From Ruditapes philippinarum (Eukaryota): a stretch of 62,937 nt of DNA. The position numbers and the translations under genes are program-made. Under the pieces are notes generated by a model. The model made no database searches, had not been told where the DNA came from, and worked only from the letters and a program-made list of their open reading frames with translations. The stretch spans positions 62,001 through 124,937 of the forward strand of contig NW_026863253.1 in the NCBI RefSeq assembly GCF_026571515.1, written 5' to 3'. How positions within the stretch are numbered: the stretch's first letter is position 1; every line of letters begins with the position of its first letter. Below are positions 1 to 13,258 of this stretch, piece after piece.

Positions 1-29
1 TTAGAATTTTTTAATGAAAAATTTCATAC

Positions 30-202
30 CAAGGACCTTTACCACTGGTTCTATATGCCCCGCCAGCCTGAACACCTTGGTTATGCTGCTTTATTCTACG
101 ATTTGGGTCTACTGTGTATCCAATATATGTACGACCTTTGAACTTTGGGTTGACATTATACAGTAGATAAACACCATAGAAGTTTTCTATTTCATGGACC
201 AT
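30..202 (-). CDS. SLX1: Structure-specific endonuclease subunit SLX1 (GIY-YIG), first coding exon; gene continues beyond the left edge
   Basis: [14 protein letters not shown]...[32 protein letters not shown] is the SLX1 GIY-YIG N-terminus; donor TG|GTATGA at 30/29. Confidence 0.93.
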
Positions 203-2016
203 GTTCTACTCTAACTAAAAAGATACAATTTACAAATTAAATAACATTATCATAATAAGCAAGTTGTAATTTGTATGACTTTTACCTGGGATATACGATA
301 ACTTTTCGTATGTCCCAGCTTTTACTAAGTTTATTTTACCAGTTTACCTAAGAAATTTACTCTAAAAGGTTAAGGTCTGCTGTGTGTTTCACATATTTTC
401 TGTTGTATGGCACAAGGAAACAACAACACATTCAATCAAAAATAGATTTATTAGGCCAAACATTAGGTTATTATTTTACTTGCAGTAAATAGCATATTTC
501 AAAGTTTTTTTCATAATTTGTTAAGAATTACTGAATGTCATATTGCTTTATTTCAAATATGTAAACTAATTTTACCTTTGTATTAAATAAAGGCAAAATT
601 ATTTTTTTTCAACAAATAAGAATATATGGAAAGTAATGATTGTTTTGGAGTTACCTACAAATATCTTATAACCACAGAGATACTTTGGTGCAAGACCCGT
701 TAAATGGGATTTTTTGTTATTCTTGTGGAATGGTTTATAACATGTCAAATGATGGCAGATGTCCCATGATTTGTGTCAAAGTGTTGTTGTTTTTTAAAAA
801 AAATTATTGACAGTAAATAAAGGTTGGATCAATCTGGGGGACAGATCTGATCCCAAAGTGTTTGTAATTTTGACAGACCATTATCGTTAAAAGTGATGAC
901 ACGAAAGTGATGTTGTCCATGGTGTTTCAAATAGAATGGTCTTGAGTCGCACCAATTTTTAAAAAAAAATGTCTCAGCTGAGTCACGTGATAAGGTTATC
1001 TACCGACCCTAATCTGGCATACAAATAACACTGTCAAAAAATTAAATTACAAGACAATATTTTGATGAAATTTAAATTGATCAAAAACTTACTGAAAACT
1101 TATCCTGGCTACATTACAGTAACATTATTTACATTAAAAAATAACAATTTCATAGATTTGCAATGAAATAAGGAATTTTTCATTCACGGTGTCAAGGTAA
1201 AAATCTACTTCTCATATTTGAAGATAGCTCTGACTTTCATAAGCTTTTATAAATTTATGCATTGTTCAATGACAAAATAGAAATTGATTTTACAGAGAAA
1301 AATGTTATGTACTCGTATTGTGTAAAGATTTGATAATATTTCACGAGGCTGTAAAATCCGTGTTAAAATTTACAAATATCTGATGCTTAATTTGGTGCAT
1401 TTTCAAAAATGGTGTGGTTTGTCGGCAAATATTCTGAACAATCTATTTTTTTCAACAGATCATGGCTTTAAAAACATTACTGGTCAGAGAGATAACTCTG
1501 ACACATAGATAACTCCGACACTTGCTAAATATAATTTTCATAACTTTGTTTTTCAACAAAAAAGCATATGGTCACATAGTATTATAGGAGCAGTACAGAA
1601 TGTGATGATTTTTTGTAAGTTGGTAAACTTTTTAAAATTTTCAATTAACCGAATCTTTTCGTTGGCAAAAAATGCTTCAAAACGTTCTTTTTACTAAATT
1701 ACAATGAGGTAGTTAGAAATGTATTGACCACAGGCCACTGACTTGGGAAAGATTTTTGAAAACTTGTTTTTACATCAACAAAAAAAGATAAAACATATAA
1801 GATGTAAAAATAAATTGATGATGCTGATTTTCCTGTCATTTTTTACTTAAAAATTTTAGTGTTGACTTCATCTACTGTTGTGGGGTAAATAGACCATGTT
1901 TTGTATACCCCATTCAGGACCTTAAAGAAGTACCAATTCTCATTTTCATACATAATTTTGGTAGTGTAATGTAAAGTCTTTGAACTGAACTTTATTTAGG
2001 TGGTTCAATATTTAAA

Positions 2017-2921
2017 GGAAGTGGCTAGCCGTACGGGCCCGTACGGCTAGCCAAAAGTTCTAGCCGTATGTGAGTCACGTACGACTAGCCTGGACACACT
2101 GTATTGGCTAGCCGTACGGCACTTTTCAAAATTATATGGAAGTCGAAAATGCATTTGTTATTTTGTGTCTTTAAACAACGATTTTAATCAAATCTCCGCA
2201 TTTGTCCTAGTGTGTTCACTTTAATAAAGATGCTCCGCAATTTTGCACAAAAAAATAAATACGAGTAAGCGTTGTATAATCTATCTTAATAAAATTGAAT
2301 GTCAAAGTTGCATGTTATAATTAACGTCCTTAATTTTCATGCTTATGAATTGTATGAAAGATGAATTGTTAAATCTGTTAATTAAGCACATGGATCGAAT
2401 AAATAATGATCGGAGGGAAGTAAATAAATAAATAAAAAGAATATTAAAAAAAAAAACGGTGAAAAGGAAAAATAATTTAATAATGCAAACTTTTCTTAAC
2501 AAACTTCTATACCGGCGGTAATTGACGCAATTATCAGAGCCCAGCAACAATTTTTTTCGGTGTTTTTTTTTTTTCAGTTTAAAAATTAAACTTAATGAAA
2601 CAAAAATAGATTATTATCAAATTTTGTAAACTATTTCAATTCATGTTGTTTAACTGCAACCAAACGCTATTTTTTCTCGACGTCTTGAGATGACAAAGTA
2701 AATTATTTACTGTAGCCAACACGTCGATCTAAAATGTAAACATTCTTGACTAAAACCCTCGCTTAAAGTCATAATTAACATATGCACTTTCGCCTTCATT
2801 ATATATTTTTGAAAAGTGCGGTACGGCTAGCCAATACAGTGTGTCCTGGCTAGTCGTACGTGACTCACGTACGGCTAGAACTTTTGGCTAGCCGTACGGG
2901 CCCGTACGGCTAGCCACTTCC
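2017..2921. mobile_element. Mutator-like (MULE) MITE
   Basis: About 115-bp TIRs starting GGAAGTGGCTAGCC and ending GGCTAGCCACTTCC; 9-bp TSD ATATTTAAA (2008-2016, 2922-2930). Confidence 0.85.
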
Positions 2922-3099
2922 ATATTTAAAATATACAGGAAGATAATTCAGATATTACAAAAAGTATGTGATTTAGTGTCGAAGTTATCTCTCCAACCAA
3001 TATTCTGAAATATTTATCTTTTTTACAAGTTAAACAATTTTTAAAGAAAATCATGTTGTTAGAATTTTCATTTTTGCTTTTGTAGAATTTAACTTTTGC

Positions 3100-4011
3100 C
3101 ACAGACATTTGGGGTTTGGAGCTCAAAACGCCTTTAAAATCCAAATAAAATGCATATTTGTCAATCCCAGGACATGTACTGATCATATATATCAAAAAAA
3201 CTTAATATAAGCCGTTTTGAAAAAATTTCATATTTCAACATCTATAATAATACACAAGATAAAAATGTTCGCCGGAAAAAATCCGCACCCCTACCGTCAT
3301 AATCACCATGTATTTTAATCCATTTCCAATATTTTCACATAATCCTTTGGTCCATCGACACAGAAGATATAATTCTTCACGTTGATGGTCAATTTTAAAC
3401 TTCAACGGTAATATAAACAACGCAACAGCCGAAATAAACATCAATATTACGCCGTTTATTTTTCAACGACAAAATGTTTCGATAAATTCAATGGACCAGA
3501 CGGCTATGAACTAAGCTATCCGATTATGTGGCCCCAGCTTTGCCGTGTGCAAAATGCGCAGCGCTTTTAAGTTTGGGAACCACATAATCGGATAGCTTCG
3601 TTCATAGCTGTCTGGTCCATTGAATTTATCGAAAGATTTTGTCGTTGAAAAAAAAACGGCGTAATATTGATGTTTATTTCGGCTGTTGCGTTGTTTATAT
3701 TACCGTTGAAGTTTAAAATTGACCATCATCGTGAAGAACTATATCTTCTGTGTCGATGGACCAAAGGATTATGTGAAAATATTGGAAATGGATTAAAATA
3801 CATGGTGATTATGACGGTAGGGGTGCGGATTTTTTCCGGCGAACATTTTTATCTTGTGTATTATTATAGATGTTGAAATATGATTTTTTTTCAAAACGGC
3901 TTATATTAAGTTTTTTTGATATATATGATCAGTACATGTCCTGGGATTGACAAATATGCATTTTATTTGGATTTTAAAGGCGTTTTGAGCTCCAAACCCC
4001 AAATGTCTGTG
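3100..4011. mobile_element. Foldback element with 432-bp arms and 8-bp TSD (hAT/P-like mobilisation inferred)
   Basis: 3100-3531 is the near-perfect reverse complement of 3580-4011; 48-bp spacer; TSD ACTTTTGC (3092-3099, 4012-4019). Confidence 0.9.
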
Positions 4012-4622
4012 ACTTTTGCCCTTTTCTTGAACAGTTGAACACTTACATAATTTGCGTATGGCAAACTATACCGAGACATGTTTAATTGTAGCAAGAATGA
4101 TTTACATAGCGTTCGACCATTCTATTTGAAAGACCCTTTGTCTCAGTCCTTTATAACATAAGACGTTTCCGTTTATACTAGTCTACGTACACTGTCTAAT
4201 TTCTAAATAAACGATCCTTCACTTCTGCCGTTCTGGACCTAGTTCCTCGAAATCTATCATCAACGATCAACATGCCATTTTATGATGATATAATCATAGA
4301 TGTATCATATTAAACATGTCCATGAAAATCGTGAAATATAATACATAACACATTTAATTTGAACTCTTGAAGTAATTTAAATTCTTAATGTATAAATGGC
4401 GCAGTAAAAACCAAGGGAAGTAACTTTTTTCTGTGTAACTCAATCGGAACACCTCTACACAAAAAGAACATGAATTGTTCATTCATAATCGGACAAAATA
4501 TATTATTTCATTTAATTGCATTTTTTGTCCCAGATAATACTTATGGGAAGAATTTTATAAGACAAGTCACTTTGTCTCCCATATATTGTTTAAATGCTTT
4601 GCAAGTATCGTAAACCGTAATG

Positions 4623-4720
4623 AATAGAATAGAATAGAATAGAATAGAATAGAATAATGTTTTATTACCAATCATGGGCCTTCTCAGGCATACAATTACA
4701 TAAAATATCAGTACATTAAA
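4623..4720 (-). mobile_element. 3' end of a LINE-like retroposon with (TTCTA)n tail
   Basis: Minus strand reads gcctgagaaggcccatgattggtAATAAAacattattctattctattcta...; (ATAGA)n at about 4623-4655 on +. Confidence 0.5.
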
Positions 4721-5329
4721 TGTACATAAACAAAACAATAATAAGATAACATAAGCTAATTCTGATTTGATAACACAATTAACAAAGGACTAGTAACTAT
4801 ATGTATTCAACAAAGGCATTTTAAATGACAACACATAAAAGAAATAGAATTTGTAAAAAACCTCAACAATAACTAACCCACAATATCTTTTGAGATGCAC
4901 ATTGACAAAGACTAATTAATGATGTTAATAAATAACTACAATTACTTATTATGCATAAAAGTTCTATTATTGTTGTACTGTATAAATGTACTTGACTAAA
5001 ATGATTATTTATACAATCAGCTATTGACCTATAAACGCATATTAACATGATGATTGTTTTACACATATTTGAATGTATTTGACCCCTCACTAGTATGTGG
5101 GAAAGATACTTCTATTAGATTGGGAAATAATGTGAATATATCTACATAATGTTTAAACTAGATATGTTTAAAACTTTCTGCGAAACGCAGGTGTGAGTCC
5201 GTCTCTAATATATATTTTTCCTCCATGCTACCACAGATTTATATTGTAATATAAAACCGTGATTCAGCCGTTAAAGGCTGAGGAACTTTCCTTTCCATTT
5301 ATTATTAGTTTTTGTGGTCAGTCCCCGTG

Positions 5330-5470
5330 AGGACGTTCATAAATTGCGCTCGCCGCCCATATTTCAGGGCGTCGGCGCGGGGTATTGGGTATAGTTTTCA
5401 ACTAGCAATAACCACGCCTCGGATAAACCTCATTGGCTATGGTACCGCCACTGCGCAAAGCTACCGATGA
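5330..5470. promoter_or_regulatory. GC/CpG-rich patch with two ATTGG (inverted CCAAT) boxes; candidate promoter between divergent SLX1 and the B-box/NHL gene
   Basis: gcgctcgccgccc...gggcgtcggcgcgggg and ATTGG near 5384 and 5432 in an AT-rich background. Confidence 0.35.
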
Positions 5471-6074
5471 GAGATTACGAGAGTTTATAAAGCGCATATT
5501 TATATTTGTCAGTTAGGGTTATTACAGAAAAAAGATTAATTCAAAAGTCCAAAGATAGACTAGAAATATATATTGAATGATATTGCACGAATTATTTTTT
5601 GAAATCTTTACTGAACTTTACTGTAAATTACAAGTAAATGTCTTTTTATTACTTCCCTTTATATATTTCAGAAGACGTATAGATCACACAATCAATACTA
5701 CATTTATTTCCGGTTGTCGAAAAACGCTTCAAGCATGGAAAAGTTATAATTAGCGTAAAAGTTGAGTGGAGAATATTTTATGATATTCAGACTGTTTTAA
5801 AATGGTTTAAAACTATTTAAATAAACACAAAGGTATAAAGTTACGGCTTTCATAATACATTATTATGTATATACTTCATGCTCTGTGACATTTAAACCAA
5901 AACAATTAGAGCGCATATTTATATACATGTATTTAACTAGTATAATTACAAATGGACTTATACAAGTTTATACGATAATTTCGATCTAGCCCAACTTACT
6001 TTATGATTTTTTCCCCCCTTCTGGAGTTTAAAATAAAATCTGATACAAAATGAATTTTTCTAATAAATCTAAAG

Positions 6075-7905
6075 CGTACAGTGAGTGTGCCGAGCATGGC
6101 AACGAACCGGAGGAACTTTTCTGTTTCGGGCACGGGAACATGATTTGTGTCGTCTGCAGGCGATTGTACCATGGAAAGTAAGTACAGCTGGTCTATGTCT
6201 TTATTTTTTCAGAACATTGTAAGCGACACGTGTGCGTTTTCGATAATTTCCAACCTTCCTATATGTTTCTTTATAATTACCCGTACAATTTTATAACACT
6301 AGAGCTATATCTGATTTGTTTATTTCATGATTTGTATATATCTTGCTGCAAAAAAAGCCAATATAGACCATGCACTTAGTGCTACTCACTATGATAAACA
6401 AATGTAACATAAAAATATTATTTTATTTTAGAAAAAAAAACCAATATCTGTATGTCTTCTTTTTTTACAGATGCAAAAAAGTTGAACCTATATCAGACGA
6501 ATGTGTTGATTTCTCCAAATCGTACGTCAGTGGATCATGCACAAAGCAGATTCAGCACCTGATTCTGCAGTGTAAAGCCGTTGCTAAGGAACGCGACCGT
6601 GATTTGAAAAACCTTGACCTAAAAAGAAAGGAGATACTAAGCTCAATAATGGCCTTGAAGCAGAAACTTTTTGAAAAGATCGAGAAACTCACGTCAAGAG
6701 CAGCAGACGACTTGGATAGACTGTTTACTATAGAAACGCTTGAAATGAAGAAGCATTTTACATCATTGCGCGGAATGATATCAGAGCTCGAAGAGAAAAA
6801 GACCCGCATCGAGCAGTCACAGAGTCAAAGGTCAGAATTTGGTCTATTTATAGCAGTTCAAAAAGCGTTAAGAAAACAGACGGAAATGGCGTCAGCACTG
6901 AGAAATATTCACGACGAAGCACATAGGGTGAATTTAAAGTTCAAAGAGAGTGACGCCTTAGATAATGCTATGAAGGGTCTAAATAGTATGGGTGAAATTA
7001 TTCTTAATACGACGGAGTACAAAGTAATACCAAAAGACAAACGATCGGTGAAATCAAAGGAACCGGAAGAGTTCGAAATTCGGAAGCACGTGGACGAAAG
7101 AACGGCTCTTCTGATTGGACAAATGAATACTCGCAACCGAGACGACCAAGAAAAATGTTGGATCACCGGGATGGCCATTCTGAATGATAGTTCACTTTTG
7201 GTAGCTGATTATAACAGCAAGCGAATTAAGTTAATCGGGCCAAACCAGGAAATCTTGAAATTTATTCAATTATCGGTACCACCTTTTGATATTGCGTTAC
7301 TGGACCAAAAGACAATGGTTTGCACATTACCAGAAGCTAAACAAATCCAGTTTTTAAGCATTGATGGGAAATCAGACTTGAAACCCGGAGCTGAGCTGAA
7401 ACTTGACTTTGATTGTAATGGTATAGATGTTTCAGGAGGGAACTTAGTACTTACAAGCATCGCAGACAAATACGTAACGCTTATATCTCTTACAGGTGAC
7501 GTCATATGGACGACAGCTAGTGACGTCAATCACGGGGGACGCTTATTTGAATGGCCGTGGTATGTCAAAACTAATACTGAAACTGGTGAAATTTATGTTT
7601 CAGACAGGTCAAAGAATACAGTAACGACCTTAAATTGTGACGGTAGCGTTTTAAGCGTTCGTGACGTCAGAGGGAAGGGACCGAGAGGTCTTACATTTGA
7701 CGGAGTAGGGAGTATGTATGTCTGTCATTACATGGCGGACGAGCTGGAGATTATTAGCACCGAGAACCCACGTGACAGACGGGTGTTACTTAACAAGTCA
7801 GCCGGGATCCAGCACCCACAGTGTCTATGCTTTGACGGGGTTAGGGGTCAACTTTTACTGTCGGTTATTAACTCGGATACTATTTCCATTTTTCAAATCA
7901 AGTAG
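6075..7905 (+). CDS. B-box / coiled-coil / NHL-like beta-propeller protein (TRIM-like, no RING seen); exons about 6075-6177 and 6471-7905; start codon unresolved
   Basis: Exon 6075-6177 encodes CAEHGNEPEELFCFGHGNMICVVCRRLYHGK (B-box) and splices (GTAAGT 6178, AG 6470) in frame to CKKVEP...; helical region, then propeller repeats (LLVADY, IYVSDR, PRGLTFDG..SMYVC). Confidence 0.85.
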
Positions 7906-9104
7906 GCCTAGTCCTAGATCTAATTAAGGTAAAATCAAAGTGAGGGAAGTATGACAGATGGTCTTTAGAATATGCAGCAAATTCTCAGCAACAACATTGG
8001 TTATGCTTAGTCAGCAGTAAAAGTGACATTATGCTCATTTTGAACTGAATTTACTGTTTTATTTAAACAATAATTGATACAATGTAATAGGAAATGTTTA
8101 GAATGAAATATGAAAACCGCCTAAAATGTAAATTGACTGCCGCACTGTAATATTATATTTATCAAGGTATCGTTAGTGATAAATAAGGGTGGATATTAAT
8201 TATTGGAATTTGTGTGGAACATGCGAGATGTTTTTAATTAATGAAGTAAAATATGAAATTAAAAACAATTATTACATCATTTAAAGCTCTTATTGTTAGC
8301 TTATATCCTATTTTGAAAAAAAGACAACAACAACAAAACAAAACAAAAAACCAAAAAAACAAGCAAAATAATATACACCACCGCCACCACTAACAACAAA
8401 AATAATCCACATATTTTCTAAGTAACAATCGCTTACTGAAAAGTAATTTAAGTATTTTGATGTAAAGATGGTGTGTTCCTAATTTCCTATGTTAATGCCA
8501 AGTCTGCCATTACTTGGATTGTTTTTCAAAATTGATAACAAATTTTCCATTGAATTCTTTTCAAACGGTAGGAACTTGTTACCATTTTCATACACTCGAA
8601 TGTGACGAAAGCAGAACTTGAGACTAACCTGTATTGGTTGCATACAAGGAATCATGGTGATGAACCAAGTAGGGCTCGAACCCACGATCTATAGGTTATG
8701 CATGACACACCTTCACATCTATAGAAATTCATTCCCCGTTATAAGGTTGTCTTGAACCTTATCACCAATGTGTCAGCTGCAGATCACTGTATTCGAAGGC
8801 TGGAATTTTGACATGACCGAATATAGTGCGGCCTTATTTAGTTTAATAGAGTAATTCTGGCTGTGCGTGGTTCTTAAGTGATTTGATTTACACCAATTTA
8901 TTTATGTATTTTTGTTATATATATTTGTATAGGGGACGGGATGCAGGGCCTATACGTTAAAGGCCATTAGGAGTACTTTCATTGATTCCATGTAGCCAAG
9001 CATAAATAATGTATCACCTTACATTCTTCCAAGATATCGAATACAAAAAAAAAAAAAAAAAAAAAAAAAAACAGAGTGGCCATAATAACCATGCCTGTAA
9101 GTAA

Positions 9105-9260
9105 ATGTCATATAGCGACTTTCAAGCTTAACTTGTGTAGGAATACCTCAGGTGTCCGAGTTGCACGAGCGAAAACCAACCTTCCGTAAACCAGTAGGAT
9201 AAATACCACTTGTCTTATGACATAATCCAAAGTCCATTGGAAAGCAGCCGCTCTTACCAA
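9105..9260 (-). mobile_element. Degenerate SINE fragment, second SINE family (V-SINE/RUDI-like, tentative)
   Basis: gtcatatagcgactttcaagctt...aaccaaccttccgtaa matches in reverse the copies at 46215-46350 and 49270-49400. Confidence 0.45.
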
Positions 9261-11754
9261 TCAGCAGAGTTATTAGATCAAGATATTGTTGTTTATATGA
9301 TGCTGATGTTTACTAACATCATACTCCATCCAACTCGTCAGACGGAATTCAAAAAGTTATATAAGAACCACTAGAGTTTTCGTAGTGTAAGCTTTACTGT
9401 ATTCAATGTAAAAAGGTTTATTTTTTTATATATAACTCTCAAAATTTAACTATAGATTCAGCTACTAAAAAGGTGATATAAAACCATGCGTACGTAAAAT
9501 GACAGAAGCTGAATCTAATAAAAAATTATTAAAGGTAACTTTTTTATTTACTTATACATATAGAAGTTAACAAGAAAATTTATAAATAAATTTACCTCCC
9601 TTTATTTTCAGTGGCTAGGCAAACCCTGAATCCAATTACCTCCCTTTACTTTGCATTGGCTAAGGCAAAACTATTCGTCATTTCTGACAACCATGACAAC
9701 AGGTCTGGCAATAATTCCGGACTTAAATAATGAAAGTCCATGCAATTATCCATGCCTAATGAGGAAATAGGGGTAAAAACGGGTTTTATTTCGGGTAAAA
9801 GGCATTTTTGAATCTAACAAAAATAGAGAATTGTACTGGTATAGTTCATTTAGATATATATAATATTACGCTCACAATACCAACACACATATAATTATAT
9901 ATATTTAGCTCCATGACCAACAGTCAGTTAACCCTGTGTTCTATGATATCACGGTACTCAATGTTTATCGGAACATGTTTAAATATACATACAGTATTGT
10001 AGTAACACGTATTATATTATATAAGAATAAATAAATACTTCTCTAAAAGTGAACTTTTTCCAAATAGAATCTATGTCAAACATTTATTTCAAAAGAAATA
10101 TTATAGAACCTGTGATATGATAGGAACTGAGTATATCTTAAAATAACAGAATGCACGTGATGAGTAGCCCAGAGCTCTGAGGAAATTCGCTCCTTATACT
10201 TTTAAATATGTACATTTTCACTGCTCGTTGTTACATAATTATTTTGAATTATATAGGTTTTGTCTGGCTCGAAAGATGAACAAGTCCATTAAAGAATCTT
10301 AGCGTTTTAATTCTTCTAAGTAAGAAATAGACCATAAATTGCTATATATCGCCCCCGAGATGTAAATTGGTACCTAGACGGTTGTGTTGGTCCATGGCTG
10401 GGCAAACAAATGTACAAAGATGGCCCGATTAAAGTACAAATTTTTTAGGAAAATCTGCCATATAAAATAATGAAGTCGAAATTCTGCAAGTTTTTAAATT
10501 TGTTTAAGTTATCAAGTTACTCCATCCTGTCAACAGGACGGAATTCAAATATTTATTTAGAACCACTCGACCTTTGTATAGGTCGACCGTAAGCTTTACT
10601 GGTGGAAGAAGACGTCCTCTTAAAAAAACATTACGTATATATACATATCTAAATTTACTATAATACTACTTAGTAAAAAAATCTATAGTATCCTTTGAAC
10701 GTAAAAATAATTTAATATATATTTAAAGATATTATTTAAGCCAGTTTATTATTTAATTACTGTATCGAATTAGGTGAAAACAGACAAAACACATCTTTCA
10801 ATTACCTCCCTTTAATACAAGTCTCGCTCTCTCTTATTATGGAATGCCGTATGTGACATAAATTTTCTCTATGAAATTGAAGAGCGCTTTGATTTAATTT
10901 GATCTTGCTGATATTTACACGAATAAAATGCATTTGAAGAGACTTTGAAATTGTTTAATAAGAATGAATGAATTTATTCGAAGAGATGCGAACTTGAATT
11001 ATTTAACCACTGGTGGTATTTGCTAGTTTCATAAATGGACTATGTTAACCTCTTTTCAAAATGTAATTAATGTTGTTGTTGTTGGGCTGTTGCTGTTGAT
11101 AATGTCGGTGATTTTGATGATGAATTGAAAATGATGCATTGATGATGAAAATGATGATGATTTTTAAAAATCAATGATGAAATTTTTTTGCGCGCTGTCC
11201 TCTTCCGAATTGAACTTACCTAATTTGTGGACATATAAAAAGCTATCAGTACGAAATTCATTTTAAGTGCACTTAATTCAGACAGGGGATCAAAAATCAT
11301 TAGTTAAAAATAAAGTTGTATAAGTATACATGGCGAAGTTCCTGCTTTACTGCGAAAGAGAGGCCCTGCGGGATTCGAACGTACAGCTGGGAGGGGCAAT
11401 AGAACGATTCTATTTAGGCTACCCGACGTCCGATTAAAATAGGTATTCCTGTTTATATATCTTTTTATAGATAACTGATTTCGTTGTAGGGTGTAAACAG
11501 CTGTATAAACATGTAGATGTTTTTTTCTCCATGTAATTAAGTTACATTGTACTTGTTCTGGCTTCTAAAACATTATATGCCGCCTTTTAACATGTTTTTC
11601 TTTGATGCGTTGCCGGGCGTTGCGGTACCCGTCCCGTTACAGTATAAAAACGCATACGCTGAAGGAGTACCAAAATCAAGTGTAACTTGTTTCCAAGGTG
11701 GTAGAATTATTTTACACTTAATGATTTCGACTTCGTGGCGGTGGTGTTGGTAAT

Positions 11755-11997
11755 ATTCACCCCGGATCACGGCAGCATGCCGCATTGAGTTTACCAGAGC
11801 ATAGTTAAGCCATCGCATCTTTTCTGGGCATGCTGTTAAGCAGTTCACCTTCATTTTTCGCAAGAAACTGATCAATAACATATGTACATGCCAGAGGAGA
11901 GGTACAGTGCGAATGACCGTAGAAAGGACTTCATTATCAGTAGCAACAAAAGTGACCTGCACCGTCCGGGAATCGAACCAGGGTCGCCTGATTCACT
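11755..11997 (-). mobile_element. tRNA-derived SINE (family shared with 28591 and 53852)
   Basis: Reverse complement of B box GGTTCGATTCC and of the core ttctacggtcattcgcactgtacctct. Confidence 0.75.
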
Positions 11998-12560
11998 GAA
12001 AAACTAACTGATATGGGGTATTACGCACCATGATAAATCGATAAATATCGGCAAATATCGGGTAATATCGTAAAAACAATGAAACCGCTCTTGCGATCTT
12101 TCCTGTTTTCTTATTTAAATACAATGTTCATTATTGTAACATGTTTTCCATTTGAGAAAATACCAATATTACAGTTCGCATAATTATATATAACGATTCT
12201 TAGAAAAAGACACAGCTTTGTTTAATATATCAATTTATTGTAATGTACATATACGAATAAACAAGACAAAGATACAAAGTATTCCCAAAATTTGAGATTT
12301 AAAACACACGGTATGAAATAACCGATTAAATCGCAAATTAAATTGGCTCTTATTGTATTTTAGCTTTATGATTTTCAGTTTTCGTGTGTTTTTAGGTAAA
12401 TGCAATGTGTTTGAAAACTCTATATTACTATGACATAGCAAATGATGTAACGTCATTTTTTTACTTTACTGTAAATATTGCCCTTCTTTTTTTACAAAAC
12501 AAAACTGTCATCACGCCCAATAGTCGAATAATTACTTACATTACTGACATCAACAACATA

Positions 12561-13194
12561 CGGTGGCACAGGGGTGACATGTGTGTGTGTGTGTGTGTGT
12601 GTTTTACTTATCTATCAGTTACTATGTCGTGCACACGTGTGACTACGTCGTACGCACGAGATAATTAAAGATCCTGTTTGTTGTAATTAAGGACGTAACC
12701 CCCTGAAGTGAAATTTTACATAATACATGTAGTTATTATTATATTTATAATTATTCCTCTAAAACAATTTTCAAACATCCAATACTGCAGTTTGTTAAAT
12801 ATGTACTGCAAATGTTTATAAGCATTGTAAGTAATCATTAAAATATATGCATTTATTTCTTTCTAAAATATGGCAAATACTTTCTAATTACCTCCCTTTA
12901 TTTACATGAAAATATCATTTCGGTAATATCTTTATATACATAATGCTTTTTGGATCTTAAAATATTGACTCATCTTCATTTGGGCATCATCTTTATGATA
13001 TAAAACCATAAAAAAGTTTGAGTTACAGGATCTTTAAGTCGTACGCACGAGTTACTATGTTGTGCGCACGATATACTTTGTTGTGCACGCAAGTTACTAT
13101 GTCGTGGGCACGAAGTATTATGTCGTGAGCACGAGTTACAATGTCGTGCGCACGAGATAAATAAAAACATACACATGTCACCTCTGTGCTATCG
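12561..13194. mobile_element. MITE with TA TSD (Tc1/mariner-like) and internal 21-bp tandem repeats, 64 bp past the P450 stop
   Basis: TIRs cggtggcacaggggtgacatg / catgtcacctctgtgctatcg flanked by TA; gtcgtgcgcacgagttactat-like units at about 13038-13156. Confidence 0.7.
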
Positions 13195-13258
13195 TAAAAC
13201 ACCATGAAAAGCAGTAACATTTTCATTTTATTTAAAATTTAAATTATTATCATTTTCA

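Larger units (their letters stand above)
918..4138. mobile_element. Degenerate non-autonomous DNA transposon (Chapaev/CMC-like) hosting two younger insertions
   Basis: Imperfect TIRs catggtgtttcaaatagaatggtc (918-941) and gaccattctatttgaaagaccctt (4115-4138); TGTC flanks both sides (914-917, 4139-4142); superfamily inferred from CAC/CAT-type end and 4-bp TSD. Confidence 0.55.

Noticed and set aside
3235-3876. Twin 69-aa ORFs on opposite strands
   Set aside because: By-product of the foldback arms; non-ATG starts and no protein motif
6370-6470. N-terminal 34 aa of the 511-aa ORF
   Set aside because: Intronic read-through; T-rich acceptor at 6470 and an upstream B-box exon explain the frame
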